A stretch of DNA of 64,000 bases, from contig JADFOP010000002.1 of the NCBI GenBank assembly GCA_022562795.1, positions 1-64,000 of the forward strand, read 5' to 3'. This stretch comes from Nitrospinota bacterium. Its GTDB lineage: Bacteria > JADFOP01. Below are positions 43,185 through 52,837 of the stretch, one piece after another. A program made the position numbers and the translations under genes. Within the stretch, counting starts at the first letter, position 1; each line of letters starts with the position of its first letter. The notes under the pieces are model-generated. The model saw nothing but the letters and a program-made list of their open reading frames with translations. It was not told where the DNA came from and made no database searches.

Positions 43185-43682
43185 TCAAAGCTTCTGCAGC
43201 GTCATGATAAGAGCGTCTTCCCCGTCTCCGTAGTAACGCGCCCTCCGCCCCTCCACGACGAACCCGTAAGAAGAATAGAGCCGTTGAGCGGCCGTGTTGG
43301 TCTCCCTTACTTCGAGGGTGGCTTCGGTGCAGCCCAGGGCTCGCGCCTCATCGAAGCAGTGGTCCATAAGCTGGCGCGAGATGCCCCCGCGCTGAAAGCG
43401 GGGATGGACGGCCAGGGTCGTCACGTGCATCTCGTCTGCCGCCGTCCAAAAGCCCGCGTATCCGACCACACCGGGGTACCGCCGTCGGTCAACAAGATGG
43501 GCCACCACCATCGTGGCCTGCCTATTGTAGCGAATTTCATGGAGGAAAACCGACCGAGGCCAAGGAGTGGGAAAGAGAGCCTCCTCGATCACCTGAACCT
43601 CGTGGAGGTCTCCCCAGGCCATGGGGCGAATGTCCACGACGATTGGGCCGGGCTCCTTCGGTAAGGCCAGACTCGCTTCCAC
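43185..43682 (-). CDS. rimI: Ribosomal protein S18 alanine N-acetyltransferase (GNAT)
   Basis: LAVHPRFQRGG, LEVRETN..A..LY..GF, RRARYY, EDALIM. Confidence 0.88.
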   Translation of the reverse strand: MEASLALPKEPGPIVVDIRPMAWGDLHEVQVIEEALFPTPWPRSVFLHEIRYNRQATMVVAHLVDRRRYPGVVGYAGFWTAADEMHVTTLAVHPRFQRGGISRQLMDHCFDEARALGCTEATLEVRETNTAAQRLYSSYGFVVEGRRARYYGDGEDALIMTLQKL

Positions 43683-43794
43683 GCCACCTCCCCTATCAGG
43701 GCCTGCCTTCGTCGGTTAGGAGGGTTATTTCGCAAGTTTATCACAGGAGGAGGCAACGTCAACCGCGGACCGCTGTCTTTGGCCAGGAGAGAGC

Positions 43795-46698
43795 CTAAGG
43801 GCGAGCCAGGAGCTGCTCCAGCTTCCAGTCGACGGGCATTTCCACAACCCCGGCGCCCTTTCGCTCGAAGCGGAGGTGGCCGTGGTTGAGGCCGTGGAGG
43901 AAGAGGTCACGGGTCAGGGCCACGTCGTCAGTGCAGTAGGATGTAACCAGATCGAGCCGGCCCTCCTTGAACCAGGCGAGGCTCTGGAGGCCGTCGGCCG
44001 TCTTGTCCTGGCCAAGGGTGTGACGGACCAGCTCCGCAAGCGGAAGCCTGAAGCCCAGCCGACGGTAGAGGTCCTGGAGGATGTCGAAGGTGTGGAAGGT
44101 CGAGAAATCCAAGGGAGTATAGACCTTGAGGACCTCGTAGTCGAACTGCACGATGTTGAAGCCAACGACGAGGTCGGCCTTCTTGAGATGGGCGATGAGC
44201 TCAGAGGCCTGGTCCTCGTAGTAGGTGAAGAACTCCTCCTCGGCCGTATCGTAGACCACCCCTACAGCCAAGCGCATGAGGTGCTTGTTCCCCCATCCCC
44301 CAACCTCATCGGCTCCGCGCTGAGTCTCCAGGTCGAAGAACACCAGGCGTGGCTCGGTGTGGGCCTCCTCGGGCTCAGCCACGACCGTGGGGCTCCAGGT
44401 ATCGTCCTCCTCTTCTGCCACAGCCCGCAGCTCCTCGGCCCGGACGAGATCCACCTCCCCCAGGAGGGCCTTAACGATAAGGACCGAAGCTTCCTTGCTT
44501 AGGGGCTTATTGCCGCTTCCGCATTTGGGCGAGTGGATGCACGACGGGCACCCCTCCAGGCAAGGGCACTCCAGCAGGAGCTTAAGGGTGGCTCTAAGGA
44601 GCTCCTCGACTTCTTCGTAGACCCGTTCGGCGAGGCCCACGCCCCCTTCGTAGCCGTCGTAGATGAAGATGGCCGCCTTGCCCACTTGGGGATGGACGGA
44701 GTAGCAGATGCCGCCGATGTCGTAGCGGTCGCACATAGCAAACAGCGGAAAGAGGGCGATCGCCGCGTGCTCCACGGCGTGGAGCCCGCCCATGAACTCC
44801 TGGGTAGGCCCCTCCACGAGCCTCCGTACCGACTCCTCGATCTCAATCCAAAGGCCCACCGTCTCGAATGTGACCTCGGGCATATCGAGCTCGTGGGTGC
44901 TTACGAGCTCCTGGCCTGCGATGCGCCTTTTCTCGTAGCCCGTAACTCGTTGAGTTACTTTAAGCCGCCCCCGGTTGACGACGAAATTGCCCACGGGGCG
45001 ACGGTCGGAGGTGGCCAGAATGGTCGTATCCTTCGTCTGGAGCGGCTGGGTGTAGTAGGCGACATCAACGGGCCTGGCGAAAATGTCGCGATTGGCGTGG
45101 TCGAGGCGAACGACCTGGTACTGGCGTCCTCGGTGGAGGTAGATCGCCCCCTCGTGGCCTTCGCTGTAGGCCCTAGGGCCGGAGACCGTCCCAATGACCT
45201 CTTGGGTAGAGTCTTCCAGAATGGTAAAGGCCTCACCCGCGGCTCGGATGTTTACGAATCGGTGAGGGCGGCGACGGACGGCATGCCAGCTCCCGTCGGA
45301 GACGGCCTTCACAAGCTCCCCAGCCTGGCCCAACCCCTCTAAGTGCTCGGCCAGGGCTTCGGGAGAGAAGGCCGGATCGTCGTCGCGCAACGGCAACTCG
45401 GCTGCTGCGCAGGGCAAGTGGGCCCGGAGAATCGGGCCATTGGTCGGGTCGAGAACGGCCCGCTCAAACCCCCGCCGGAAGAAATCATCCGGGTGGCGCA
45501 TGAAATACTGGTCCAAGGCGTCAGCCTGGGCGACGAGGACGATAAGGCTCTCGCGGTCACCCCGACCCACCCGACCGCCCCGCTGCCAGGTGCTCATGAT
45601 GGTTCCGGGATAGCCTACCAGCAAGCAGGCATCGAGCCCCCCGACGTCGATCCCCATCTCGAGGGCGCTGGTGGAGACCACGCCCCAGAGCTCACCGCTG
45701 AAGAGCTTCCGCTCAATCTCCCGCCGTTCCTCAGGTAAAAAACCGGCTCTGTAAGAAGAGATTTTTCGTGCGAGGTCAGGCTCCCGGTCGACGGTCCACA
45801 TGTGGATGAGCTCGGTGATTTTGCGGGCCTTTGTAAAAACAATGGTCTTAAGCCCAGCCTTCAGGCAGTCGGCGAAGAGGCGGGCGGCCAGCGTGTACGG
45901 GCTCGCCGTGGGATTGATGAAGAGGAAGTGGCGGACCGAGCGCGGGGCGCCGGTTTCGGCCACCACGGTGAATGGCCTGCCCACGAGGCATTCAACGAGT
46001 TCTTTAGGCTCGGCCGTCGTGGCGCTTGTCGTAATGAACCGCGGGCTCGAGCCGTAGTGGGCGCATATCCGATGAAGTCGCCTAATCACCTGGGCCATGT
46101 GGGAGCCGAAGACACCCCGGTAGGTGTGGAGCTCGTCTATGACGACGAACTGAAGGTCGCGAAAGAAGGCCTCCCAGTTGGCGTGGTGGGCGAGGATCCC
46201 GAAGTGGAGCATATCGGGGTTTGTCATGAGCACCGTCGGCGGAGACGCCGTGATTTTCCTCCTCCGCCAGCCTGGGGTGTCGCCGTCGTATATGGCCGTG
46301 GTTACTGCAGGGTTGCCCGGCATTGAGGCGACCAGCTCTTCGAAGGCTTGCTGCTGGTCCTGCTCAAGAGCCTTCAGGGGAAAGATATAGAGCGCCTTAG
46401 TCGTCTTATCGGCGAGGGCCGCCTCCAGAACCGGGAGGTTATAGACGAGGGTCTTGCCGCTGGCCGTCGGGGTCACTACTGCCACGTTCCGGCCGGCTCG
46501 GACGGCTTCCAGGGCCTCCACCTGATGGGTGTAGAGCCGCTCGATGCCAATGTGCGATAGAGCCTCGGAAAGCTCGCGGGGCAGAGGCTCGGACGGCTCA
46601 GCGAAGCGGGAAGGCTGGTCGGCGATGACCTCGTGATGGACTACTTGGTGAGCGTAATCTTCCGAGGTCTCAATGTGATCGAGAAAGCGGGAGAGCAC
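43795..46698 (-). CDS. DEAD/DEAH helicase with DUF1998 (MrfA/YprA/Hrq1-like) fused to a C-terminal RNase H-like DEDD exonuclease
   Basis: PTASGKT, DELH, SAT, QRGGRVGR, CPCLEGCPSC; C-terminal FDLET...GFN..FD...YC..D. Confidence 0.9.
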   Translation of the reverse strand: MLSRFLDHIETSEDYAHQVVHHEVIADQPSRFAEPSEPLPRELSEALSHIGIERLYTHQVEALEAVRAGRNVAVVTPTASGKTLVYNLPVLEAALADKTTKALYIFPLKALEQDQQQAFEELVASMPGNPAVTTAIYDGDTPGWRRRKITASPPTVLMTNPDMLHFGILAHHANWEAFFRDLQFVVIDELHTYRGVFGSHMAQVIRRLHRICAHYGSSPRFITTSATTAEPKELVECLVGRPFTVVAETGAPRSVRHFLFINPTASPYTLAARLFADCLKAGLKTIVFTKARKITELIHMWTVDREPDLARKISSYRAGFLPEERREIERKLFSGELWGVVSTSALEMGIDVGGLDACLLVGYPGTIMSTWQRGGRVGRGDRESLIVLVAQADALDQYFMRHPDDFFRRGFERAVLDPTNGPILRAHLPCAAAELPLRDDDPAFSPEALAEHLEGLGQAGELVKAVSDGSWHAVRRRPHRFVNIRAAGEAFTILEDSTQEVIGTVSGPRAYSEGHEGAIYLHRGRQYQVVRLDHANRDIFARPVDVAYYTQPLQTKDTTILATSDRRPVGNFVVNRGRLKVTQRVTGYEKRRIAGQELVSTHELDMPEVTFETVGLWIEIEESVRRLVEGPTQEFMGGLHAVEHAAIALFPLFAMCDRYDIGGICYSVHPQVGKAAIFIYDGYEGGVGLAERVYEEVEELLRATLKLLLECPCLEGCPSCIHSPKCGSGNKPLSKEASVLIVKALLGEVDLVRAEELRAVAEEEDDTWSPTVVAEPEEAHTEPRLVFFDLETQRGADEVGGWGNKHLMRLAVGVVYDTAEEEFFTYYEDQASELIAHLKKADLVVGFNIVQFDYEVLKVYTPLDFSTFHTFDILQDLYRRLGFRLPLAELVRHTLGQDKTADGLQSLAWFKEGRLDLVTSYCTDDVALTRDLFLHGLNHGHLRFERKGAGVVEMPVDWKLEQLLARP

Positions 46699-46764
46699 GG
46701 CCTCATCCCTGGGTTGCGCGGGGTAGGTGGCGGGGTGAGGCGAAGTAACATAACATCATCTGTC

Positions 46765-46793
46765 ATCTTAAATGCCGACCCCGAAGGTGTCAA
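46765..46793 (-). promoter_or_regulatory. sigma70 promoter of the helicase gene
   Basis: TTGACA-N17-TAAGAT. Confidence 0.55.
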
Positions 46794-46842
46794 GATACCG
46801 ACCCCTTGACATCCGCAATGGGAGGAGCCAGCATGAGGGGAG

Positions 46843-47811
46843 TTGGAGTGGCGTCAGGTGAAGGAGGAGAAACCTTTGGCACGCAATCGGGTCGCTATCG
46901 CCGAGAGTCCTCGCTTGGGCCTTGCCAACGTCCTTCCCATGATAGGCCTCTGCTTTCTCTGGGGTGGTTCCTTCATATCTATCAAGGTCTGCCTTCGCGG
47001 CATCCCGCCCATGGGGCTGTCAGCCCTTCGTTTTGCCCTGGTATCGATCTGCCTAGGGCTTTATCTCCACTGGCGGGGGATCGGGCTCTGGTTCGGTCGA
47101 GAGAGCTTCCGGTGGCTGGCAGCCTCCGGCCTTTTGCTGACTATCCAGATGGCAATATTATTCGTTGGGATGCAGTTTACTACGGCGGGGCGGGCCTCAA
47201 TCCTCCTCAACCTCCAGCCCTTCTTCGTCCTCCTTGTAGCCCACTTCTTCTTGGACCGCGACTCCTTGACCACCCGCAAAGCCCTGGGAATGACGGTGGC
47301 CTTTGTTGGGGTGGTGGTACTCTTCGCCGACCGCTGGACGGCGGTGGATGTGAGGGGTCTGGTAGGCGACAGCCTGATTGTTTTATCGGCCATGGGGTGG
47401 TCGTTGCAGGTCTTCTTGCTGAAGAGGCCCCTCGCCCATCTGCCGCCGGCCGGAGTGGTCGCCTGGCAGAGCCTTTTCGTGGCTGTGGTAGGGGGCATAG
47501 CCGCCCTCGTAGTGGAAGGTTGGAACGGATACAATATAACCCCCCTCGTGCTGGTCGCTTTCCTCTACCTCTCGTTGGTTGCGGCGGCGTTTTGCTATGT
47601 CGTCTACATTCATCTCGTGCAGCGGACCCTAGCGACCCAGCTCCACAGCTTCGTCTTCCTGACCCCCGTATTCAGCGTGATTGGCGGGGCGATACTGCTG
47701 GGAGAGGCGGTAGGCTGGCCCCTCTTGGTTGGGCTCGCCGGCGTGGCGACAGGGATCATCATCGTCAACACCGGCCTCGCTGTAACCCCTCTTCCGGAGG
47801 GGGGCGGCTAG
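46843..47811 (+). CDS. DMT/EamA family transporter
   Basis: LWGGSF, ALRF, about 10 TMs, LTPVFSV..LLGE. Start uncertain. Confidence 0.88.
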   Translation: MEWRQVKEEKPLARNRVAIAESPRLGLANVLPMIGLCFLWGGSFISIKVCLRGIPPMGLSALRFALVSICLGLYLHWRGIGLWFGRESFRWLAASGLLLTIQMAILFVGMQFTTAGRASILLNLQPFFVLLVAHFFLDRDSLTTRKALGMTVAFVGVVVLFADRWTAVDVRGLVGDSLIVLSAMGWSLQVFLLKRPLAHLPPAGVVAWQSLFVAVVGGIAALVVEGWNGYNITPLVLVAFLYLSLVAAAFCYVVYIHLVQRTLATQLHSFVFLTPVFSVIGGAILLGEAVGWPLLVGLAGVATGIIIVNTGLAVTPLPEGGG

Positions 47812-47907
47812 CCGGGCGCTTGACGTCTTCCGGAGCACCCACCTATAATTTAACCTGTCTCTCAAGCACGGTCCGGCAATGGTGCTCTAGGACGTGGAGG
47901 ACAACTC

Positions 47908-48348
47908 TTGGGCTTCCAACGAATGCTTCTAGCCGTGGGGCTCCTCGCTCTCCTTCTTTTTGCCCCGGCAGGAGCGCAACAGAGCTCGTTCCCCCGCCCC
48001 CCACCCAACACGGTCGAGGACCCCGAAATCTTAAAGCGGATGGGACCCTTGGACCAGGTTATCTATCGCAAGGAGGTGGAGGAAGACTATCGCAAGGCGC
48101 TAGAGCGCCAAAGGCGGCTGCGGGAGATGGAATTTCGGGACAACCAGCGCCGAATTGTCAAACGAGAGATCTTGAACGTCCACTGCACCTGGAAGCGGAC
48201 CGAAGGAAAAACCATCACAAAGGTTTTCAAGCAGCGCGTTGCTTCTTCCTGCGAAGACGCCATTGCCGAACTGACCAGCGACTTGGGTGGGTCGCTATCG
48301 GCCGAATGCACCTGCACGGGGGCGAGTCCAACCTCAGACACTCCCTGA
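47908..48348 (+). CDS. Hypothetical secreted protein with a 4-Cys C-terminal domain
   Basis: GGAGG RBS, signal peptide ending AGA, upstream TTGACG-N18-TATAAT at 47820-47849. Confidence 0.65.
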   Translation: MGFQRMLLAVGLLALLLFAPAGAQQSSFPRPPPNTVEDPEILKRMGPLDQVIYRKEVEEDYRKALERQRRLREMEFRDNQRRIVKREILNVHCTWKRTEGKTITKVFKQRVASSCEDAIAELTSDLGGSLSAECTCTGASPTSDTP

Positions 48349-48463
48349 AGGGGCCCTTCCTGCCAACGACGACCAGCCCGCTCCGCACCGTCATATTCCC
48401 GGGCAGGCTCACCGATGCCCCGGCTTCGATGAGGCCCCACGGTCATCAACCTCTTCCGACCTC

Positions 48464-49261
48464 ATGTCCAGCCCCGGCATCCTGAACCCTCTTCTCTACC
48501 GTCGCTTGGGGCGGAGCCTTCGGTGGAGCTCTGTGAGCCTAGGCCGGCTGGTCTCCGATTCCCTCTTTCCTCGGCAGTGCCTTACCTGTGAGTCCTTCCT
48601 GTCCGATAGTCCCAACACCTATCTCTGCCCAACTTGCGCCGGACAGGTAGCGCGCCTAGACGGCCCGGCCTGCGATACCTGTAGCCAGCCGTTTTGGACC
48701 TTCGGAGCCTCCTTCATCGAAGAGGGAGCCGATTGCGGCCTGTGCCGCACCCATCCCCCTCCTTTCGTAAGGGCGAGGTCCGTCGGCCTTTACAGGGGCC
48801 AACTAAAAACCATGATTCTCCAGATGAAATTCCGGCCCAAGGCTCAAGCCGCCTTCGCTCTGGCGGGCCTTCTCATCGAAGCCTATCCGAGCCTCTTCGG
48901 CGAGCTCGTCCCCGATGCGGTGGTCCCAATTCCTCTTCACACCGAGCGTTTTCTGGAACGAGAGCTCGACCAGGCGACCCTCATGGCCCGCGAACTGGCA
49001 CGAACAACGGGCTGGCCTCTTCGGCTCTGGCTTCGGAAGGTGCGACACACCCCACCGCAGAGCCGCCTGAGTCGGGCCGGGCGCCGCGCAAACGTCATGA
49101 GAGCATTCGCCCTGGCTCCCCGGGCCAGGCCCGAGGGCCGGACAGTGCTGTTGATCGACGACGTCCTCACGACCGGAGCGACGGCTCGGGAATCAGCCCG
49201 GGTCCTCGTAAGAGCAGGGGCGAGCGCCGTCTACGTCTACACGGCGGCCCGAGCGGAGTGA
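48464..49261 (+). CDS. comF: ComF family protein (double zinc ribbon + PRTase)
   Basis: Four CxxC motifs, VVPIPLH, LIDDVLTTGAT. Start uncertain. Confidence 0.88.
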   Translation: MSSPGILNPLLYRRLGRSLRWSSVSLGRLVSDSLFPRQCLTCESFLSDSPNTYLCPTCAGQVARLDGPACDTCSQPFWTFGASFIEEGADCGLCRTHPPPFVRARSVGLYRGQLKTMILQMKFRPKAQAAFALAGLLIEAYPSLFGELVPDAVVPIPLHTERFLERELDQATLMARELARTTGWPLRLWLRKVRHTPPQSRLSRAGRRANVMRAFALAPRARPEGRTVLLIDDVLTTGATARESARVLVRAGASAVYVYTAARAE

Positions 49262-49273
49262 GGCCAAAAAGCC

Positions 49274-49302
49274 TTGACAAGGCCCAAACCCTATACGAGA
49301 AT
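49274..49302 (+). promoter_or_regulatory. sigma70 promoter of the gap operon
   Basis: TTGACA-N17-GAGAAT. Confidence 0.5.
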
Positions 49303-49369
49303 ACACCTCGTCGCTCATAGGTACACGATGGCCGGTCACATGCTCCAAACAACTCATGAAACCCCGGGA

Positions 49370-49398
49370 AGCCGAGGTTTTTGCCTCGGCTGAATTTT
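49370..49398 (+). terminator. Hairpin (terminator/attenuator-like) between comF and gap
   Basis: AGCCGAGG-TTTTTG-CCTCGGCT followed by GAATTTT. Confidence 0.4.
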
Positions 49399-49428
49399 CT
49401 CTATTCAGCGAGGTTGACTCTCTTTTAA

Positions 49429-50481
<1,053 letters not shown>

Positions 50482-50528
50482 CCCTGAGGACACCCGCATC
50501 GCCAGGGAGTGGCCACGGGCCGTTTCAA

Positions 50529-51719
50529 ATGAAAAAAACCATCAAGGATATCGATGTCAAAGGCAAGCGGGTCTTCGTCCGGGTCGATTACAACGTTCCT
50601 CTGGACGACGATGGGCAAATCAGGGACGACACACGCATCAGGGCCACTCTGCCCACCATCGAATACCTTATCACTAGAGGGGCAAGGCTCATTCTTGCCT
50701 CGCACCTCGGCCGCCCCAAGGGAAGTCGGCAGCCCGGGATGAGCCTGAAGACCGTTGGCGAGCGCTTGGCCGAGCTCCTTCGACGGCCTGTGGAGATGGC
50801 CGAAGACTGCGCTGGTGAGGGCGTGCAGCATCTGATAGACGGCCTGGCCGAAGGCAACATCCTTTTGCTGGAAAACCTCCGTTTCCACCCCGGAGAAGAG
50901 GCCAACGACGAAGCTTTCTGCCAAGCTCTGGCTGCCCTCGGCGACCTCTACGTAAACGATGCCTTCGGAAGCGCTCACAGGGCCCACGCCTCCACCACGG
51001 GTATCACCCTCCTCCTCCAGCCAGCGGTGGCCGGGTTCCTCATGGAAGCAGAGTTGAGCGCCCTGCACCGCATCCTCCACAGCTATGAATCGCCTTTCAT
51101 CGCCATTCTAGGCGGGGAGAAGGTATCGGACAAAATTGGAGTCATCGATAACCTTTTGGCGAAGATAGACACCCTCCTCATCGGAGGAGCAATGGCCTAC
51201 ACCTTTCTCAAGACCCAGGGCATCGCTGTAGGCAACTCTCTGGTGGAAGACGACAAGCTAATCGTTGCGTCCACCATCCTCAGGGACGCCGAAGAAAAAA
51301 AGGTCGACCTACGGCTGCCGTTGGACCACGTAGCCGGAGAAAAGATAGCCCCCGATGCAAAGACGGCCATTACCGAGGGGCCCGCTATTCCCGAGGGTTT
51401 CATGGGCCTGGATATAGGGCCCATGACGACTGCCGCCTACAGAGAGGTTATCGCCGGGGCAAAGACCATTCTTTGGAACGGCCCCATGGGAGTTTTCGAG
51501 ATCGAGGCCTTCGCCGCCGGTACGAAGGCGATCGCCGAAGCGGTCGCCGACAGTCAGGCCGTGAGCGTCGTCGGTGGTGGCGACAGCGTGGCCGCCGTCC
51601 ATGCCGCCGGCGTAGGCGACCGCATCGGGCATATCTGCACCGGTGGCGGCGCGAGCCTCGAGTTCCTCCAGGGCAAGGAGCTTCCTGGTGTGGCGGCCCT
51701 AGACGACCGGGAAGGGTAG
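50529..51719 (+). CDS. pgk: Phosphoglycerate kinase
   Basis: RVDYNVP, SHLGRP, LLENLRF, NDAFG, WNGPMG, GGGASLE. Confidence 0.98.
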   Translation: MKKTIKDIDVKGKRVFVRVDYNVPLDDDGQIRDDTRIRATLPTIEYLITRGARLILASHLGRPKGSRQPGMSLKTVGERLAELLRRPVEMAEDCAGEGVQHLIDGLAEGNILLLENLRFHPGEEANDEAFCQALAALGDLYVNDAFGSAHRAHASTTGITLLLQPAVAGFLMEAELSALHRILHSYESPFIAILGGEKVSDKIGVIDNLLAKIDTLLIGGAMAYTFLKTQGIAVGNSLVEDDKLIVASTILRDAEEKKVDLRLPLDHVAGEKIAPDAKTAITEGPAIPEGFMGLDIGPMTTAAYREVIAGAKTILWNGPMGVFEIEAFAAGTKAIAEAVADSQAVSVVGGGDSVAAVHAAGVGDRIGHICTGGGASLEFLQGKELPGVAALDDREG

Positions 51720-51725
51720 TCTCTC

Positions 51726-52487
51726 GTGCGGACCCCCTTCATCGCCGGTAATTGGAAGATGCACAAGACGGTCGAAGAGTCGGTGGACTTTGCTAGAGGG
51801 CTCCTGAAGGCCCTCAGAGATTTTAATGGGGTCGAGGTCGCTGTGGCCCCACCCTTCACCGCATTGCGTCCGGTCGCGGAGGTCCTAGAGGGCAGCTCCA
51901 TCCGACTGGCCGCCCAGAACATCTTCTGGGAGGATAGCGGGGCCTTTACGGGTGAGATAAGCGGGCCTATGCTAGTGGGGGTCGGCTGCAGCCATGTCAT
52001 CATCGGACACTCCGAGAGGCGCCAGCTTTTCGGGGAGACCGACGCTACCGTCAACAAACGTCTCTTCGCAGCCCTTGCCGCTGGCCTTCATCCCATTATG
52101 TGCATCGGAGAGACGCTGGAGATGCGCAACGACGGCAAAACCTTCGAGGTAGTTGCAAGCCAGCTCGACGCCGGGCTCACAAACGTCGGCGCCGATCAGA
52201 TGGAAAGCGTAGTAATCGCCTATGAACCTGTCTGGGCCATAGGGACGGGGATTACGGCCACACCCGAACAGGCTGAGGAGGTTCATCGCCTCATCCGAAA
52301 CTCCCTGGCCGAGAGTCGTGGGATGGCCCTTGCCCAAAAGACGCGAATCCTTTATGGTGGAAGTGTGAAGCCTGACAATATTAGAGACCTCATGGCCTGT
52401 GAGAACATCGATGGAGCCCTCGTAGGAGGAGCCAGCCTCCAGGTGGATAGCTTTGCCGCCATCGTAGGGTTCAATAAAGGGTCATAG
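51726..52487 (+). CDS. tpiA: Triosephosphate isomerase
   Basis: [28 protein letters not shown]. Confidence 0.98.
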   Translation: MRTPFIAGNWKMHKTVEESVDFARGLLKALRDFNGVEVAVAPPFTALRPVAEVLEGSSIRLAAQNIFWEDSGAFTGEISGPMLVGVGCSHVIIGHSERRQLFGETDATVNKRLFAALAAGLHPIMCIGETLEMRNDGKTFEVVASQLDAGLTNVGADQMESVVIAYEPVWAIGTGITATPEQAEEVHRLIRNSLAESRGMALAQKTRILYGGSVKPDNIRDLMACENIDGALVGGASLQVDSFAAIVGFNKGS

Positions 52488-52488
52488 T

Positions 52489-52800
52489 ATGTTGACGCTC
52501 ATGATACTCCTCCACGTCTCCGTATGCCTGGCGCTTATCATCATCATCTTATTCCAGTCGGGCAAGGGAGCGAGCATTGGAGCGGCATTTGGAGGCTCCA
52601 GCCAGACGGTGTTCGGCAGCCGGGGCCCCGCAAGCTTCCTTCACAAGCTCACAACCGTGGCTGCGGTCATCTTCATGTTGACCTCACTTGGTCTCACGAT
52701 ATATAAAGTAAGGCTTGGGAAGGGAAGCATCGTAACGACCCAGGGCAGAGCTCCCGCGCCCCCTCAATCACCTCCTTCGGAGGCCCCTGCCGGACGGTAG
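52489..52800 (+). CDS. secG: Preprotein translocase subunit SecG
   Basis: Two TMs around QSGKGA..FGG..FGSRG; follows tpiA. Confidence 0.93.
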   Translation: MLTLMILLHVSVCLALIIIILFQSGKGASIGAAFGGSSQTVFGSRGPASFLHKLTTVAAVIFMLTSLGLTIYKVRLGKGSIVTTQGRAPAPPQSPPSEAPAGR

Positions 52801-52837
52801 GCCCCACCTAGCCGGACCACCGCCCGGCACCCGACCG

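Noticed and set aside
43795-46698. DISARM/Druantia-type defence system
   Set aside because: No methylase, DrmA/DrmD or other defence genes nearby; the context is housekeeping.
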